A stretch of DNA of 64,000 bases from the IMG/VR virus record IMGVR_UViG_3300024502_000010, positions 1-64,000 of that record; one strand, given 5' to 3'. Positions 43,265-51,843 of this stretch are shown here, piece by piece. The translations under genes and the position numbers were made by a program. The notes under the pieces are model-generated. The model was not told the origin of the DNA. It made no database searches and was given only the letters and a program-made list of their open reading frames with translations. Position 1 is the stretch's first letter. Every line of letters begins with the position of its first letter.

Positions 43265-43293
43265 ATCATAACATAAACGCCCCTCAGTGTCAA
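43265..43293 (-). promoter_or_regulatory. Strong sigma70-like promoter
   Basis: Minus strand TTGACA-17-TATGAT with TG extension, pointing into about 180 nt of non-coding GC-rich sequence. Confidence 0.65.
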
Positions 43294-43342
43294 CATCGCT
43301 CACGCTCTGTCTAACAACCAAGGGGCATACAGTTACTAACAA

Positions 43343-43513
43343 TCAGAAGGCAATCTCTTCCAGAGTAGGAATACCCAGTGCCGACTCAAGTTGCGGCGAC
43401 TCGATATAATCGAAACCAGCAACATTATCAGCAACGATTGCATCCAGAATGGACAGAATTTCGCTGCCGTTGTTACCTTGTGCCAGCAGAGAAAGAAGAA
43501 CTTGCTTGGACAT
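43343..43513 (-). CDS. Small hypothetical protein (56 aa, not in track)
   Basis: MSKQVLLSLLAQGNNGSEILSILDAIVADNVAGFDYIESPQLESALGIPTLEEIAF. Confidence 0.6.
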   Translation of the reverse strand: MSKQVLLSLLAQGNNGSEILSILDAIVADNVAGFDYIESPQLESALGIPTLEEIAF

Positions 43514-43599
43514 AATGAAGAAGAAAAGTGTAAATCAGTGTGTGTTGAGTAAGTGTCTTTATAGGGCGCATCTTATTCCCCCCTTGTTGTTACTTAAGG

Positions 43600-43857
43600 T
43601 CAGAAATCGAACACGTCAGAGTTAATCTCAAGGATGTTAATCTTGGGGTCTTTGAATGATACTCCGTCAGGCGTTTTTAGGGAATTGAAAGAACACGCTT
43701 CCAGAGCATCTACGAAGTCTTCATAGTTACCTACCTCACGGGCAAGACTATAGAAACCCTCATCATTTTGAATCCAGAGAGCAACATTCCAGGTCTCATA
43801 ATTCGTCCAACCGTTATACTCAGTATCGGTCAGATTTGCTTGGAAAGTAACAGTCAT
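43600..43857 (-). CDS. Conserved early hypothetical protein (NGWTNYETW family)
   Basis: YNGWTNYETWNVALWIQNDEGFY motif. Confidence 0.7.
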   Translation of the reverse strand: MTVTFQANLTDTEYNGWTNYETWNVALWIQNDEGFYSLAREVGNYEDFVDALEACSFNSLKTPDGVSFKDPKINILEINSDVFDF

Positions 43858-43891
43858 TGTGTGTGTTGTGAGTGTTAATTAAGAGACGAAA

Positions 43892-44095
43892 TCAGGCAGA
43901 AGGCATAACACCAGCGAGCATCAGATTGAGGTTCGTTTCGTTATGCTCTGCTTCGATTTCTGTGATGTGCTCAATGTTATCAATCACCTGAACATTGTGC
44001 AGACGCTCATACCAGGCGTCGAACAGTTCCCAACTCTGAGCGGCACAAAGTTGGAAGGCATTCTCGATAGCGGTGTTCAGTTCGATTTGAGTCAC
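43892..44095 (-). CDS. Early hypothetical protein (67 aa)
   Basis: GTG start downstream of repeat copy 1. Confidence 0.55.
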   Translation of the reverse strand: MTQIELNTAIENAFQLCAAQSWELFDAWYERLHNVQVIDNIEHITEIEAEHNETNLNLMLAGVMPSA

Positions 44096-44149
44096 TTAGT
44101 GGTTTGTGGTTGTCCTTACACTATAGGTACACTTTAGAGGATCCAAGTT

Positions 44150-44296
44150 TCAGTTACCCAGACGGTCTTCGATATCACTTAAGACGCGCAATATCACCTC
44201 ACGACTATCCTCACCGTTCTCCTCTAACTGTTGCATAACCTCTTGCAGTTGAGGTAGAATATCAGTGGTTATTTGGGCGACTCGTATAATCCTCAT
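44150..44296 (-). CDS. Small hypothetical protein (48 aa, not in track)
   Basis: MRIIRVAQITTDILPQLQEVMQQLEENGEDSREVILRVLSDIEDRLGN; its stop lies 1 nt from repeat copy 1. Confidence 0.5.
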   Translation of the reverse strand: MRIIRVAQITTDILPQLQEVMQQLEENGEDSREVILRVLSDIEDRLGN

Positions 44297-44410
44297 GTCG
44301 CCCAAATGTTTATATTTTAGTGTTCTCATTTTGTTAACATAAAGACCCGATTATTTATGCTTTATGTTAACAAAATAAAAACGCCTTATATGGTATAAAT
44401 TGATACCAAA

Positions 44411-44584
44411 TTACCATCGGTCAGGTGTACTTAGGTCCTCAACATAAGCATCACACTTCTCTGCAGGTTCCAACTTGAATAACTTCTCCCAATCAATCTG
44501 GTGTGGGTCGAAGTCACCGAACACTGATAGATCCAGAGTAATCCTATAACGCTGCTTCTGTGCCTGCTGATATGCAACTGACAT
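44411..44584 (-). CDS. Hypothetical protein (57 aa; start likely 44584, not 44773)
   Basis: MSVAYQQAQKQRYRITLDLSVFGDFDPHQIDWEKLF; GGAG SD and a promoter lie immediately upstream. Confidence 0.65.
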   Translation of the reverse strand: MSVAYQQAQKQRYRITLDLSVFGDFDPHQIDWEKLFKLEPAEKCDAYVEDLSTPDRW

Positions 44585-44611
44585 AAGTTCGCTCCTGTGT
44601 GTTATGAAACT

Positions 44612-44640
44612 ACTATAAGATGCTGGGCGGTTTTTGTCAA
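44612..44640 (-). promoter_or_regulatory. Sigma70-like promoter
   Basis: Minus strand TTGACA-17-TATAGT. Confidence 0.7.
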
Positions 44641-44713
44641 TGGTCTGGGGGTATTTATCAGGGGTCGGTGGATTTATGCGGGGGGATTGTGGGGATTTGA
44701 GAACGCGGGGGTA

Positions 44714-44743
44714 TTGACATTTTGGGGGCGAGTGTGATAGAAT
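44714..44743 (+). promoter_or_regulatory. Divergent sigma70-like promoter
   Basis: TTGACA-18-TAGAAT with extended -10 TG, pointing at the TTTTCCACA cluster. Confidence 0.6.
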
Positions 44744-44788
44744 GACCTGTAAGATAACGACCCCCAGAGACATTTAAATGACTATAAG

Positions 44789-44852
44789 TTTTCCACAATT
44801 CTAACAGTTTTTCCACACATTTATTATACTTTTTCCACAACATTGTGGAAAA
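44789..44852. promoter_or_regulatory. Cluster of four DnaA-box-like 9-mers (TTTTCCACA)
   Basis: Direct copies at 44789, 44809 and 44831; inverted copy TGTGGAAAA at 44844; AT-rich context. Confidence 0.6.
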
Positions 44853-44912
44853 CTAATATCATTATTTCAGCACTTAAATATAAATAACGCAAGTACATTT
44901 TTCATCAATTCA

Positions 44913-45926
44913 GTGGCATACATCTACTCAATCACCAACCTTGAGAATAGCAAACTCTATGTGGGAAAGACTACACAACCCAACCCATATGATAGATGGA
45001 AGCAACACCTACAGAACGCAAGAAGTAAGGATAATTTAGCAGAGAACAATTCATCTCACTCTATGCCTATTGTTCGTGCCATATGTAAGTACGGAGCAGA
45101 TAACTTTAAGTTTAGAGTATTGGAAGAATGTAGCGATGATAATGTTAATGAACGTGAAACCTTTTGGATAAACAAACTTGATACTTGTGGTAAGAATGGA
45201 TATAACATTACATTAGGTGGTGATGGTGTAAAGAAACCAAAAAAGTATTGGGCAAATCATCCACATTCCAAAGCAGTGAGTTGTTATACATTAGAAGGTG
45301 AATGGGTTAGAGACTATGAGAGTGTAGGAATTGCTGCTGATAGTTGTGGAAATAAAAAGGGAAAAACTGGGATAATTGCTTGCATTAAAGGTGTGACATT
45401 TCAAGCACTTGGATATAGATGGGCTTGGAAAGGTGAAACACCTAAAGTAATAGAAAAGAGAGTAAATGTTCGTGGTGCTGTATATGGAATCAATCCAACA
45501 TTAGGGCGTAAAAAGATGTGGAAATCAATGGCAGATGCGGCAGAAGAAATACAAGGAAATCGTACAAATAATCACGCTATTCATCACTCACTTAACAGTC
45601 CCGACAATAGCAAATTACAGGTAAAAGGTTGGTATTTCTTTAGATCAAAACCAACAGATTGGACACCAGCAACAAAAACAAATTCAATAGAACACTATAA
45701 AAAAATTGCTGCAATTAGCAACGAAAAAAGAAAGAAACCTGTCTATGGTGTAAGTATTAAAACCAACGAAATCGTAGAATTTGGTAGTATGAGTGAGGCG
45801 TCATTCTTTATCAAAGGTGATGGTAATTATAGTGGCGTTGCTAATATCAAAAACAACATTCAACGTATAAACAATGGGCAAACTTGGTGCAATGCTTATG
45901 GTTATAGATGGTACGAAAAAGCATAA
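44913..45926 (+). mobile_element. Free-standing GIY-YIG homing endonuclease with NUMOD1-like DNA-binding repeats (337 aa)
   Basis: AYIYSITN...KLYVGKT...RWKQH, E.E.FWI and NGYN motifs; repeated V.G/C....G....F.S..EA modules; TATAAATA late promoter at 44879-44886; antisense to its neighbours. Confidence 0.9.
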
Positions 45927-45949
45927 AAAAAGACCCCTGATGTGGGGTC
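45925..45949 (-). terminator. Intrinsic terminator ending the minus-strand early transcript
   Basis: GACCCC-acatca-GGGGTC stem followed by T7 on the minus strand. Confidence 0.75.
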
Positions 45950-45960
45950 ACTGTGTATCA

Positions 45961-46254
45961 TCAATCAAGTGCTAATCTGTACCTTGCATAATCCTCTGCA
46001 TCACTACGTTTGCGGAATCGTGCTTCTTCTCCTTCAAATCGTAAAGGTAAGTATCGGTATTTCTTTCCTTCCTTGGTGATAACGATTCGGGAGAATAGGT
46101 GAAGTGAGTAACTACCTTCTTCAGTATATTCATCCTCTTTCTTTACTATGAAAGGGAGAACTTGTTGATTGTTGAATGACTGTTTGGAGAGTAACATTGG
46201 AAGATTAGTTGTTAATGAGTTCAGCAGGACTTCCGCATGATTTGTAGAACTCAA
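45961..46254 (-). CDS. Early hypothetical protein
   Basis: ORF track; the true start is probably the internal Met of MLLSKQSF. Confidence 0.6.
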   Translation of the reverse strand: MSSTNHAEVLLNSLTTNLPMLLSKQSFNNQQVLPFIVKKEDEYTEEGSYSLHLFSRIVITKEGKKYRYLPLRFEGEEARFRKRSDAEDYARYRLALD

Positions 46255-46510
46255 TCATACGATTTGCTTCATCTAGTGTAGAGAATGTTTGCGTTCTCCA
46301 CTGTTGTTGATACGGTGTAAAGTAGCGAATCGTGAACATTTTGTTTGATTCAGTTAGAGTGAGCATCTTTTGGTAATAGTTGTCTGCTTCTACTTCACAC
46401 TTATGAGATTCAGTTGCATCTTCAATCTCGTATTGTTTCATACTCAGAGAGTGAATCACGTTGTCCAGAAGATTAGTCAGTGCCTCAATCTTTTGTTCGT
46501 TAGTCATCAT
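46205..46510 (-). CDS. Early hypothetical protein, possibly two fused small genes
   Basis: MTNEQKIEALTNLL... then an internal MFTIRYFTPY... preceded by a leader-like CAAACAAA. Confidence 0.55.
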   Translation of the reverse strand: MMTNEQKIEALTNLLDNVIHSLSMKQYEIEDATESHKCEVEADNYYQKMLTLTESNKMFTIRYFTPYQQQWRTQTFSTLDEANRMIEFYKSCGSPAELINN

Positions 46511-46667
46511 TAGTGCGGTTCCTTTTACTCTGTTGGTGGTTTCTCCAAGTCAGGAAATCGTGGAGTGCTTTTTGATATTCTTCTTCCGAGAAGTATGTAC
46601 GGAGACCAATCGTATATGGGAAGGTACGGATTGTGGGTAATGCCTCAATCTTTTGTTCGTTAGTCAT
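46500..46667 (-). CDS. 55-aa hypothetical protein sharing its first nine codons with the next gene (not in track)
   Basis: MTNEQKIEALPTIRTFPYTIGLRTYFSEEEYQKALHDFLTWRNHQQSKRNRTNDD. Confidence 0.5.
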   Translation of the reverse strand: MTNEQKIEALPTIRTFPYTIGLRTYFSEEEYQKALHDFLTWRNHQQSKRNRTNDD

Positions 46668-46984
46668 CAGTTAAGCACCATACCTTCAGTGAAAGGAACT
46701 TTGTTGCCGTTATCAATCACAAACCATTCAAAGTCACGTTGAAAGATACGAGCATCATTTCCATGAACTTTCAGAATAGCATTGAGACGTGATTTGGTGG
46801 TTACAGTTCTATAACCACAGGTGTAAAGTTCAAGGAAGGTATCACCAATCGTTGCAATATGATTGCCGTGAAGATACACATAAGAGGCATCTCTTTCGGG
46901 CGAATAGAGAACTTCAGTGTTGTCATTTTTCCAGTCTTTGCAATCAATGATTGCTTTATTCATTTGGAGTTCAATCTTTCGCAT
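46667..46984 (-). CDS. Conserved early hypothetical protein (105 aa)
   Basis: MRKIE.QMN.AI, VYLHGNHIA and T.TTKSRLNAIL motifs; downstream of repeat copy 2. Confidence 0.75.
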   Translation of the reverse strand: MRKIELQMNKAIIDCKDWKNDNTEVLYSPERDASYVYLHGNHIATIGDTFLELYTCGYRTVTTKSRLNAILKVHGNDARIFQRDFEWFVIDNGNKVPFTEGMVLN

Positions 46985-47037
46985 GGTTGGAAGTTGTGGT
47001 TATACTATAGGTACACTTTAGAGGATCCAAGTTGCAA

Positions 47038-47241
47038 TCAAGCAACGATTGCAGACTCTACATTCACCTCACGGGTTTCCAGTAGAGCATAATCGTAGTT
47101 TGCTTCCAGATGCTTCAGGTAAGCATCTGCAGCGGAGAAGCAATCAAACAAGCGGAGAGATTTGAAGTCTTCACCTTCATAATCCAAACCGCCAATCACA
47201 GCGTAGACTTTAGACATTTGGGACATTTGGGAAGTGCTCAT
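47038..47241 (-). CDS. Early hypothetical protein; single gene between repeat copies 2 and 3
   Basis: KVYAVIGG.DYEGEDF.SLRLFDC. Confidence 0.65.
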   Translation of the reverse strand: MSTSQMSQMSKVYAVIGGLDYEGEDFKSLRLFDCFSAADAYLKHLEANYDYALLETREVNVESAIVA

Positions 47242-47534
47242 ACTATAGGTACACTTTAGAGGATCCAAGTTAGTATCACACTTCAATCAAAGGTCCAGAT
47301 ACATCACAAAACTCACACAAATAATAATCAATACTCACATTGATTTCCTCTGCAAGTTGTGAGAATTGTGCAAATTGTTCTTCGGAAAGAATGTAGAAAT
47401 CAGTCTCAATCATGGGGTGCAATAATGTCAGCAACAGTGTGTAATGTGGTGGCAGTGATGTTACGAACTCCTGGTGATAGGATACTCGCAACGATAAAGA
47501 TTAACAGAATTGTTTTCACTTTCTGTCGTCTCAT

Positions 47535-47765
47535 TCAGTCAAAGCGGGAAGATACATCACGACCAGGATTCTCAAGATGTGCTACACTCTCAGCAACACC
47601 TTCAGCAGTTAATGCAAACTGAACTTTTTTGCCTTCGTGATAGATGTCAAAGACAGATTGCACATAAGGAGTCAAATTGCCTTCAGAATCCCATGCGTTT
47701 CGTGTGTGTGAAGTCTTGACGATTTCGTAGACTTTAGAGGTGAGAGGTGAAGTGTAAGTGCTCAT
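47535..47765 (-). CDS. Early hypothetical protein
   Basis: MSTYTSPLTSKVYEIV...; the only ATG is the one directly after the repeat. Confidence 0.6.
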   Translation of the reverse strand: MSTYTSPLTSKVYEIVKTSHTRNAWDSEGNLTPYVQSVFDIYHEGKKVQFALTAEGVAESVAHLENPGRDVSSRFD

Positions 47766-47810
47766 ACTATAGGTACACTTTAGAGGATCCAAGTTAGTGA
47801 CTCTTACGAA

Positions 47811-47993
47811 TCACAAACCGTTGATATAATCAGCAACTGCTTGCTTATATTCTTCTTCAGTCTCAAAGATGCGACCGTGAATGTTACGCGGATAAGTAGG
47901 GTTCAATTCACCTACTGCAGCAACAGCGTAACAATCTTGGGCATCATATCCCATTTCAATGAGATTTTGAACGTAAGGATTGTAGTGTGTCAT
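47811..47993 (-). CDS. Early hypothetical protein (60 aa)
   Basis: MTHYNPYVQNLIEMGYD...YPRNIHGRIF. Confidence 0.65.
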   Translation of the reverse strand: MTHYNPYVQNLIEMGYDAQDCYAVAAVGELNPTYPRNIHGRIFETEEEYKQAVADYINGL

Positions 47994-48241
47994 TGTGATT
48001 TAGTGGTAAAACAGTGAGTGTGAATCAGTTGCCGAAGAAAGCGTCGAACTCATCAGCAACATAATCAATCAGTTCGTCAGTTGCATCAAGGTCAAAGACA
48101 TTGCAAACGAAATCTACACAATCATTCAAATCTGTGTGATTGTTGCACATGAACTCCAGAAGTGCAGGAGTGATGTCGGTTTGGAAGTCGAAAGAGGTGT
48201 TAGTCATACTATAGGTACACTTTAGAGGATCCAAGTTGCTA

Positions 48242-48832
48242 TCAGAAAAGATTGCGACCGAATGAACCACACAAATAAAATGCCATTCCTTTATCCTTAA
48301 GCGTCACACCTGCGAAACGGAGAGGAACATAGCGACCGTTAGTTTTAGATGCTTTGGTGCGAATCTGCAGCAATCCGTTAGGTCCAGTGATTGTATTCAG
48401 TTCGCTTTCAATATCAAATGCACGGCGAATCTGCTCACAAATGAACTCATAATCCTCACGCAGTTCCTGATAGTGTTCGGGATGAGTTTCCTCATTCAGT
48501 ACAACAGAACCTACATAATCGTTCTCACGGGTGAATCCAACATATACAGTTTGCTTCAGTTTCTGTCCAACCTTACTATCATCAAAAGACACAGAATCTT
48601 CAATGATTTCAGATAGACAATGCTTCAACTGTGTGGCAGCAATAGATTCACCAACTGTAAAAGTCTTAATCTCTCCATCCTCCAAATCTTTGAGGTCAGA
48701 AGAGTTAGGAACTCCAAGGACAATTTCTAACAGTTGCCCGCGAGCACCTTTGTTCTTGCCAGGTTTATCAAATGCACTGAAATCAGTTACATTCAGTTTG
48801 GCAGATACCTGCAAAGTGGTAAGTTTGGACAT
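48242..48832 (-). CDS. MutH/Sau3AI-like PD-(D/E)xK endonuclease (196 aa)
   Basis: NKGARGQLLEIVLGVPNSSDLKDLEDGEIKT resembles the MutH KG..G.LLE..LG.......D.....ELKT core; C-terminal LLQIRTKAS and AFYL motifs; flanked by repeat copies 5 and 6. Confidence 0.7.
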   Translation of the reverse strand: MSKLTTLQVSAKLNVTDFSAFDKPGKNKGARGQLLEIVLGVPNSSDLKDLEDGEIKTFTVGESIAATQLKHCLSEIIEDSVSFDDSKVGQKLKQTVYVGFTRENDYVGSVVLNEETHPEHYQELREDYEFICEQIRRAFDIESELNTITGPNGLLQIRTKASKTNGRYVPLRFAGVTLKDKGMAFYLCGSFGRNLF

Positions 48833-48883
48833 TGTGGAATTGCGGTGATACTATAGGTACACTTTAGAGGATCCAAGTTGCTA

Positions 48884-49138
48884 TCAACTTTCTTGTGTTA
48901 CACTTTCCACCAAATCGTTCACATAATCCTCATCATAGAGTCGTGAAATCTCTTCGATTAACTCTTCTGGAAGTGAGCAAGTTTCGCGGAGATTCTCTTC
49001 AATCGTATCGCTTGCAAATTGTACCAAACTGTCGAGGTCCATACCATCAACAATCGACTCAATGTAGAGTGCAAGCAGTTTATCGTATTGGTCTTGAGTA
49101 AGTGTCATTTTGTTTGTGAAGTTAGGGAGGGAAATCAT
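48884..49138 (-). CDS. Early acidic hypothetical protein
   Basis: Y.ESIVDGMDLDSLVQFA; packed in an operon. Confidence 0.6.
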   Translation of the reverse strand: MISLPNFTNKMTLTQDQYDKLLALYIESIVDGMDLDSLVQFASDTIEENLRETCSLPEELIEEISRLYDEDYVNDLVESVTQES

Positions 49139-49377
49139 TTCAAGATGTGGCGATAATCAATGGATTTGATACACCAACCGTAGGCAGTTGTAATCTCTTC
49201 TACTAAATCTTCTTCATCATCTGCCTCCCAGATTTGACCGATTGTTGCTTGAGTGGCATAATCAAACTCCAAGAATCCATCACATTCTGCATCGTGTTCT
49301 GGAGATTGATTCTCGCCACAATACGGACATTCATCATCAAAATCAAAAGCGATTTCAGTAACTTGGAATTGCATCAT
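49135..49377 (-). CDS. Early hypothetical protein with a CxxC..H..C motif
   Basis: QFQVTEIAFDF, CPYCG and DLVEEIT..YGWCIKSIDYR motifs. Confidence 0.65.
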   Translation of the reverse strand: MMQFQVTEIAFDFDDECPYCGENQSPEHDAECDGFLEFDYATQATIGQIWEADDEEDLVEEITTAYGWCIKSIDYRHILK

Positions 49378-49514
49378 TTGCAGTAGTTAGGGTCAATTTG
49401 GCAGAACTGATCTGCTTGGCGTTCTTGATACTCATTCACCGTCGCATAAGCAGGAATTGCAACTTTAAAACCAAGTGCAATAGTAGCAATCAGGAAAGCA
49501 ATTCGCATTACTAA

Positions 49515-49685
49515 TCAGTCAACGACAGAGTAACAGGCAACCCAGGAAGGAATCCCAGAAAGTGATAGCGAACCGTTGCGGGCATCGCAATAGTCTTGGG
49601 CGTCATCTTCAGTGTAGAAAGGTCCAATATACTCGGGAGAATCCAGAGCATCGGATACGAAACGGACGGTGAAAGTGTTGCTCAT
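49515..49685 (-). CDS. Early hypothetical protein
   Basis: MSNTFTVRF...SPEYIGPF; starts at the ATG adjacent to repeat copy 7. Confidence 0.6.
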   Translation of the reverse strand: MSNTFTVRFVSDALDSPEYIGPFYTEDDAQDYCDARNGSLSLSGIPSWVACYSVVD

Positions 49686-49719
49686 ACTATAGGTACACTT
49701 TAGAGGATCCAAGTTAGAA

Positions 49720-49863
49720 TCAACGAAAACTTACATTGACCGCAACAACTTTTGCGTGAGGATTTCGTGCCAGTGCAGTCTCACGGGCATCTTTTGGGTT
49801 GGTTGCTTGCACTTCTTCTTTGAAGACTTTGCCACCAACGTAGAGTTCAACGATGTACTTCAT
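49720..49863 (-). CDS. Small conserved protein (47 aa, not in track)
   Basis: MKYIVELYVGGKVFKEEVQATNPKDARETALARNPHAKVVAVNVSFR. Confidence 0.7.
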   Translation of the reverse strand: MKYIVELYVGGKVFKEEVQATNPKDARETALARNPHAKVVAVNVSFR

Positions 49864-49901
49864 GTGTTTGTTTGTATTTTAGAAAAAATTGAGGATTTCC
49901 C

Positions 49902-49990
49902 TGCAGTGAATGACCTATGACACCGCTGCAGTAGAATTGAAGAAAAAACAGGTTTTTGCTTCAGTGGTGGACTGGGTTCTCAGTGAGACA
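49902..49990. repeat. Duplicated intergenic hairpin element, copy A
   Basis: tgcagtg(a/g)atgacctatgacaccgctgcagtagaattgaagaaaaa is shared with 56087-56176. Confidence 0.85.
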
Positions 49991-50355
49991 CAAGTGAGAA
50001 TCACAGGGTTTGCCACTCTTGTGCCTCTTTCAAGTTAGAGTTAAAGAATTTTTGGAAGATAGAATCGATCACAGGATACCATTCTTCGTTTGCACTAGGA
50101 TACCCACATTCTCGTGCTTGATTGAGAAACTTAAGAATACAACTTTCCTCATTAGGAGTAAAATTAACGCGATTGAAAGTGTAACCGTCAGTCATCAATC
50201 ATCTCCAAAGTTGTTGACAAGAAAATCCTCAAGTTCGCAAAGTTCCACCTCATCTAAGGAGTCAATGTAGTTACGCAAAGTATCTTCTAAGACACCATTA
50301 TTCTTTTTGCAAGTTTCATACAGAAACTCAAAAAGTTGTGTTTTGTTAGTCATAA

Positions 50356-50625
50356 TCAGTTAGCGTAGATGGACATTTGCTTACGGTCACGGATTGAATC
50401 ATCAATCACCTCACCAATCTGTTCGTAAATGTAGTCGGAACCGCCTACATCAGCGAGCACATCTTGAGTGAAAAGAGAAGAAAAATACTTCTCTTGATTG
50501 TCCTCACCATCAAACTCAACGACATCGTGTTGAGTGAATACAAACGCAGCACAGGGAGCGTTCTCACCTTGACTCTCAATCATTTGGTTGATAGAGTCAC
50601 GAAGTTCAGAAAGAGTGCGGTACAT
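50356..50625 (-). CDS. Early hypothetical protein (89 aa)
   Basis: MYRTLSELRDSINQMIESQGENAPCAAFVFT..DV. Confidence 0.65.
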   Translation of the reverse strand: MYRTLSELRDSINQMIESQGENAPCAAFVFTQHDVVEFDGEDNQEKYFSSLFTQDVLADVGGSDYIYEQIGEVIDDSIRDRKQMSIYAN

Positions 50626-51078
50626 AATTAAACAGGGGTAACTTCAACAGAGCGGATAAGATTTGTGCGGTCTTGTGCTAGGTAATCATCAGCGATTTTA
50701 CCACAAGATGAACGAGACTTGATGAACCTTTCTTCATAGTAAGTCTCTGCACTGTTGGGGACTTTATACTCAATCAAGAGTCGATAGTTGTTCATAATCA
50801 GTACAGAAGAGAGAAAGAACCACAGAACTTACGAACCCACTGGAGAGTATCATAATGACTGCGAGGATTAGACATTACCATGCTCTTGTTAGTTACAGGA
50901 TTGAGAGCAATAGCAACATATTTGTGGTCACATTCTTGATACTCAGGGGTGATTTGTTGAATGAACATTTGCATCACCTTACCTTCTTTCCAGTTGGTGA
51001 CATAGTGAAAGACTTGATCCATTTCAGTGGTTGTGCTCATACTATAGGTACACTTTAGAGGATCCAAGTAAGAATCAC

Positions 51079-51333
51079 TCACCACTTTCCTTGTTGAATG
51101 AGAATCTTTTTGATTTCAGTATAAATGAAGTGACGAAGTTTAGAGTCGGTAGTGTTATCAAAAGCATAATAGAGACGATTCAAGTATTCATTCTGTGTCG
51201 CACCTATGTTACCATTACCACCGATGTCATTGAGTGTAGAACCTCCCTTAGATTTGGGTTTTCCGAAGTTGCCTGTAATGTTTCCTTGTGTGCGAAGTTT
51301 GGGGCGAATCTTTGAAAGGTTAGAGTAAGTCAT
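51079..51333 (-). CDS. Early hypothetical protein (84 aa)
   Basis: SKIRPKLRTQG.ITGNFG..K.K.GS.LND motif. Confidence 0.65.
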   Translation of the reverse strand: MTYSNLSKIRPKLRTQGNITGNFGKPKSKGGSTLNDIGGNGNIGATQNEYLNRLYYAFDNTTDSKLRHFIYTEIKKILIQQGKW

Positions 51334-51587
51334 CGTGCTACAATGTCAAGAGTTTCCAACAGCATCATAGAAAGTTCCATCTGGTTCTCATCATCAACCA
51401 CAGGAATGTTTGTCTCTACAAACTCACTAATCAGTTGGGCAAAGAGTTCAGTTGTGCGCTCATCTGCGAATAGAGCAGTGGCAAGTTCGTTCTTGAACCC
51501 ATCACGCAAAAGTTTGAGAGACTTTGTGACAGTCATTTCTTTGATTTGTTCATCATAAGTCATTTCAGTGTCAGGGATTGTGCTCAT
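51330..51587 (-). CDS. Early hypothetical protein (85 aa)
   Basis: Four-base overlaps with the genes on both sides. Confidence 0.65.
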   Translation of the reverse strand: MSTIPDTEMTYDEQIKEMTVTKSLKLLRDGFKNELATALFADERTTELFAQLISEFVETNIPVVDDENQMELSMMLLETLDIVAR

Positions 51588-51808
51588 TCTTCATTTCCAT
51601 CAAAAATCGAATCTTCCCAACCATCAAGGTAAGGTTGTTCATCCTCCTCATAAGGGAACATTTCGTCATACTCTTCGTCAGTCAGAGTAAGATACTGAAC
51701 ATTAGCATTTTTGTGCTCTTCAGCATACACTAACTGATAGTGAGCGAAAGAAGAAGGGTCTGAACTAGCGTATTCTAGCAAACCATCAACAAAACAAAGG
51801 TAGTTCAT
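51584..51808 (-). CDS. Early hypothetical protein (74 aa)
   Basis: MNYLCFVDGLLEYAS...FAHYQLVYAEEH. Confidence 0.65.
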   Translation of the reverse strand: MNYLCFVDGLLEYASSDPSSFAHYQLVYAEEHKNANVQYLTLTDEEYDEMFPYEEDEQPYLDGWEDSIFDGNEE

Positions 51809-51843
51809 TTTGCGTACAGATAGGTTATAAATAATAACACAGT

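Noticed and set aside
44585-44843. N-terminal extension of ORF 44411..44773 and ORF 44658..44843
   Set aside because: They run through promoters and the TTTTCCACA cluster; a promoter and SD support a start at 44584.
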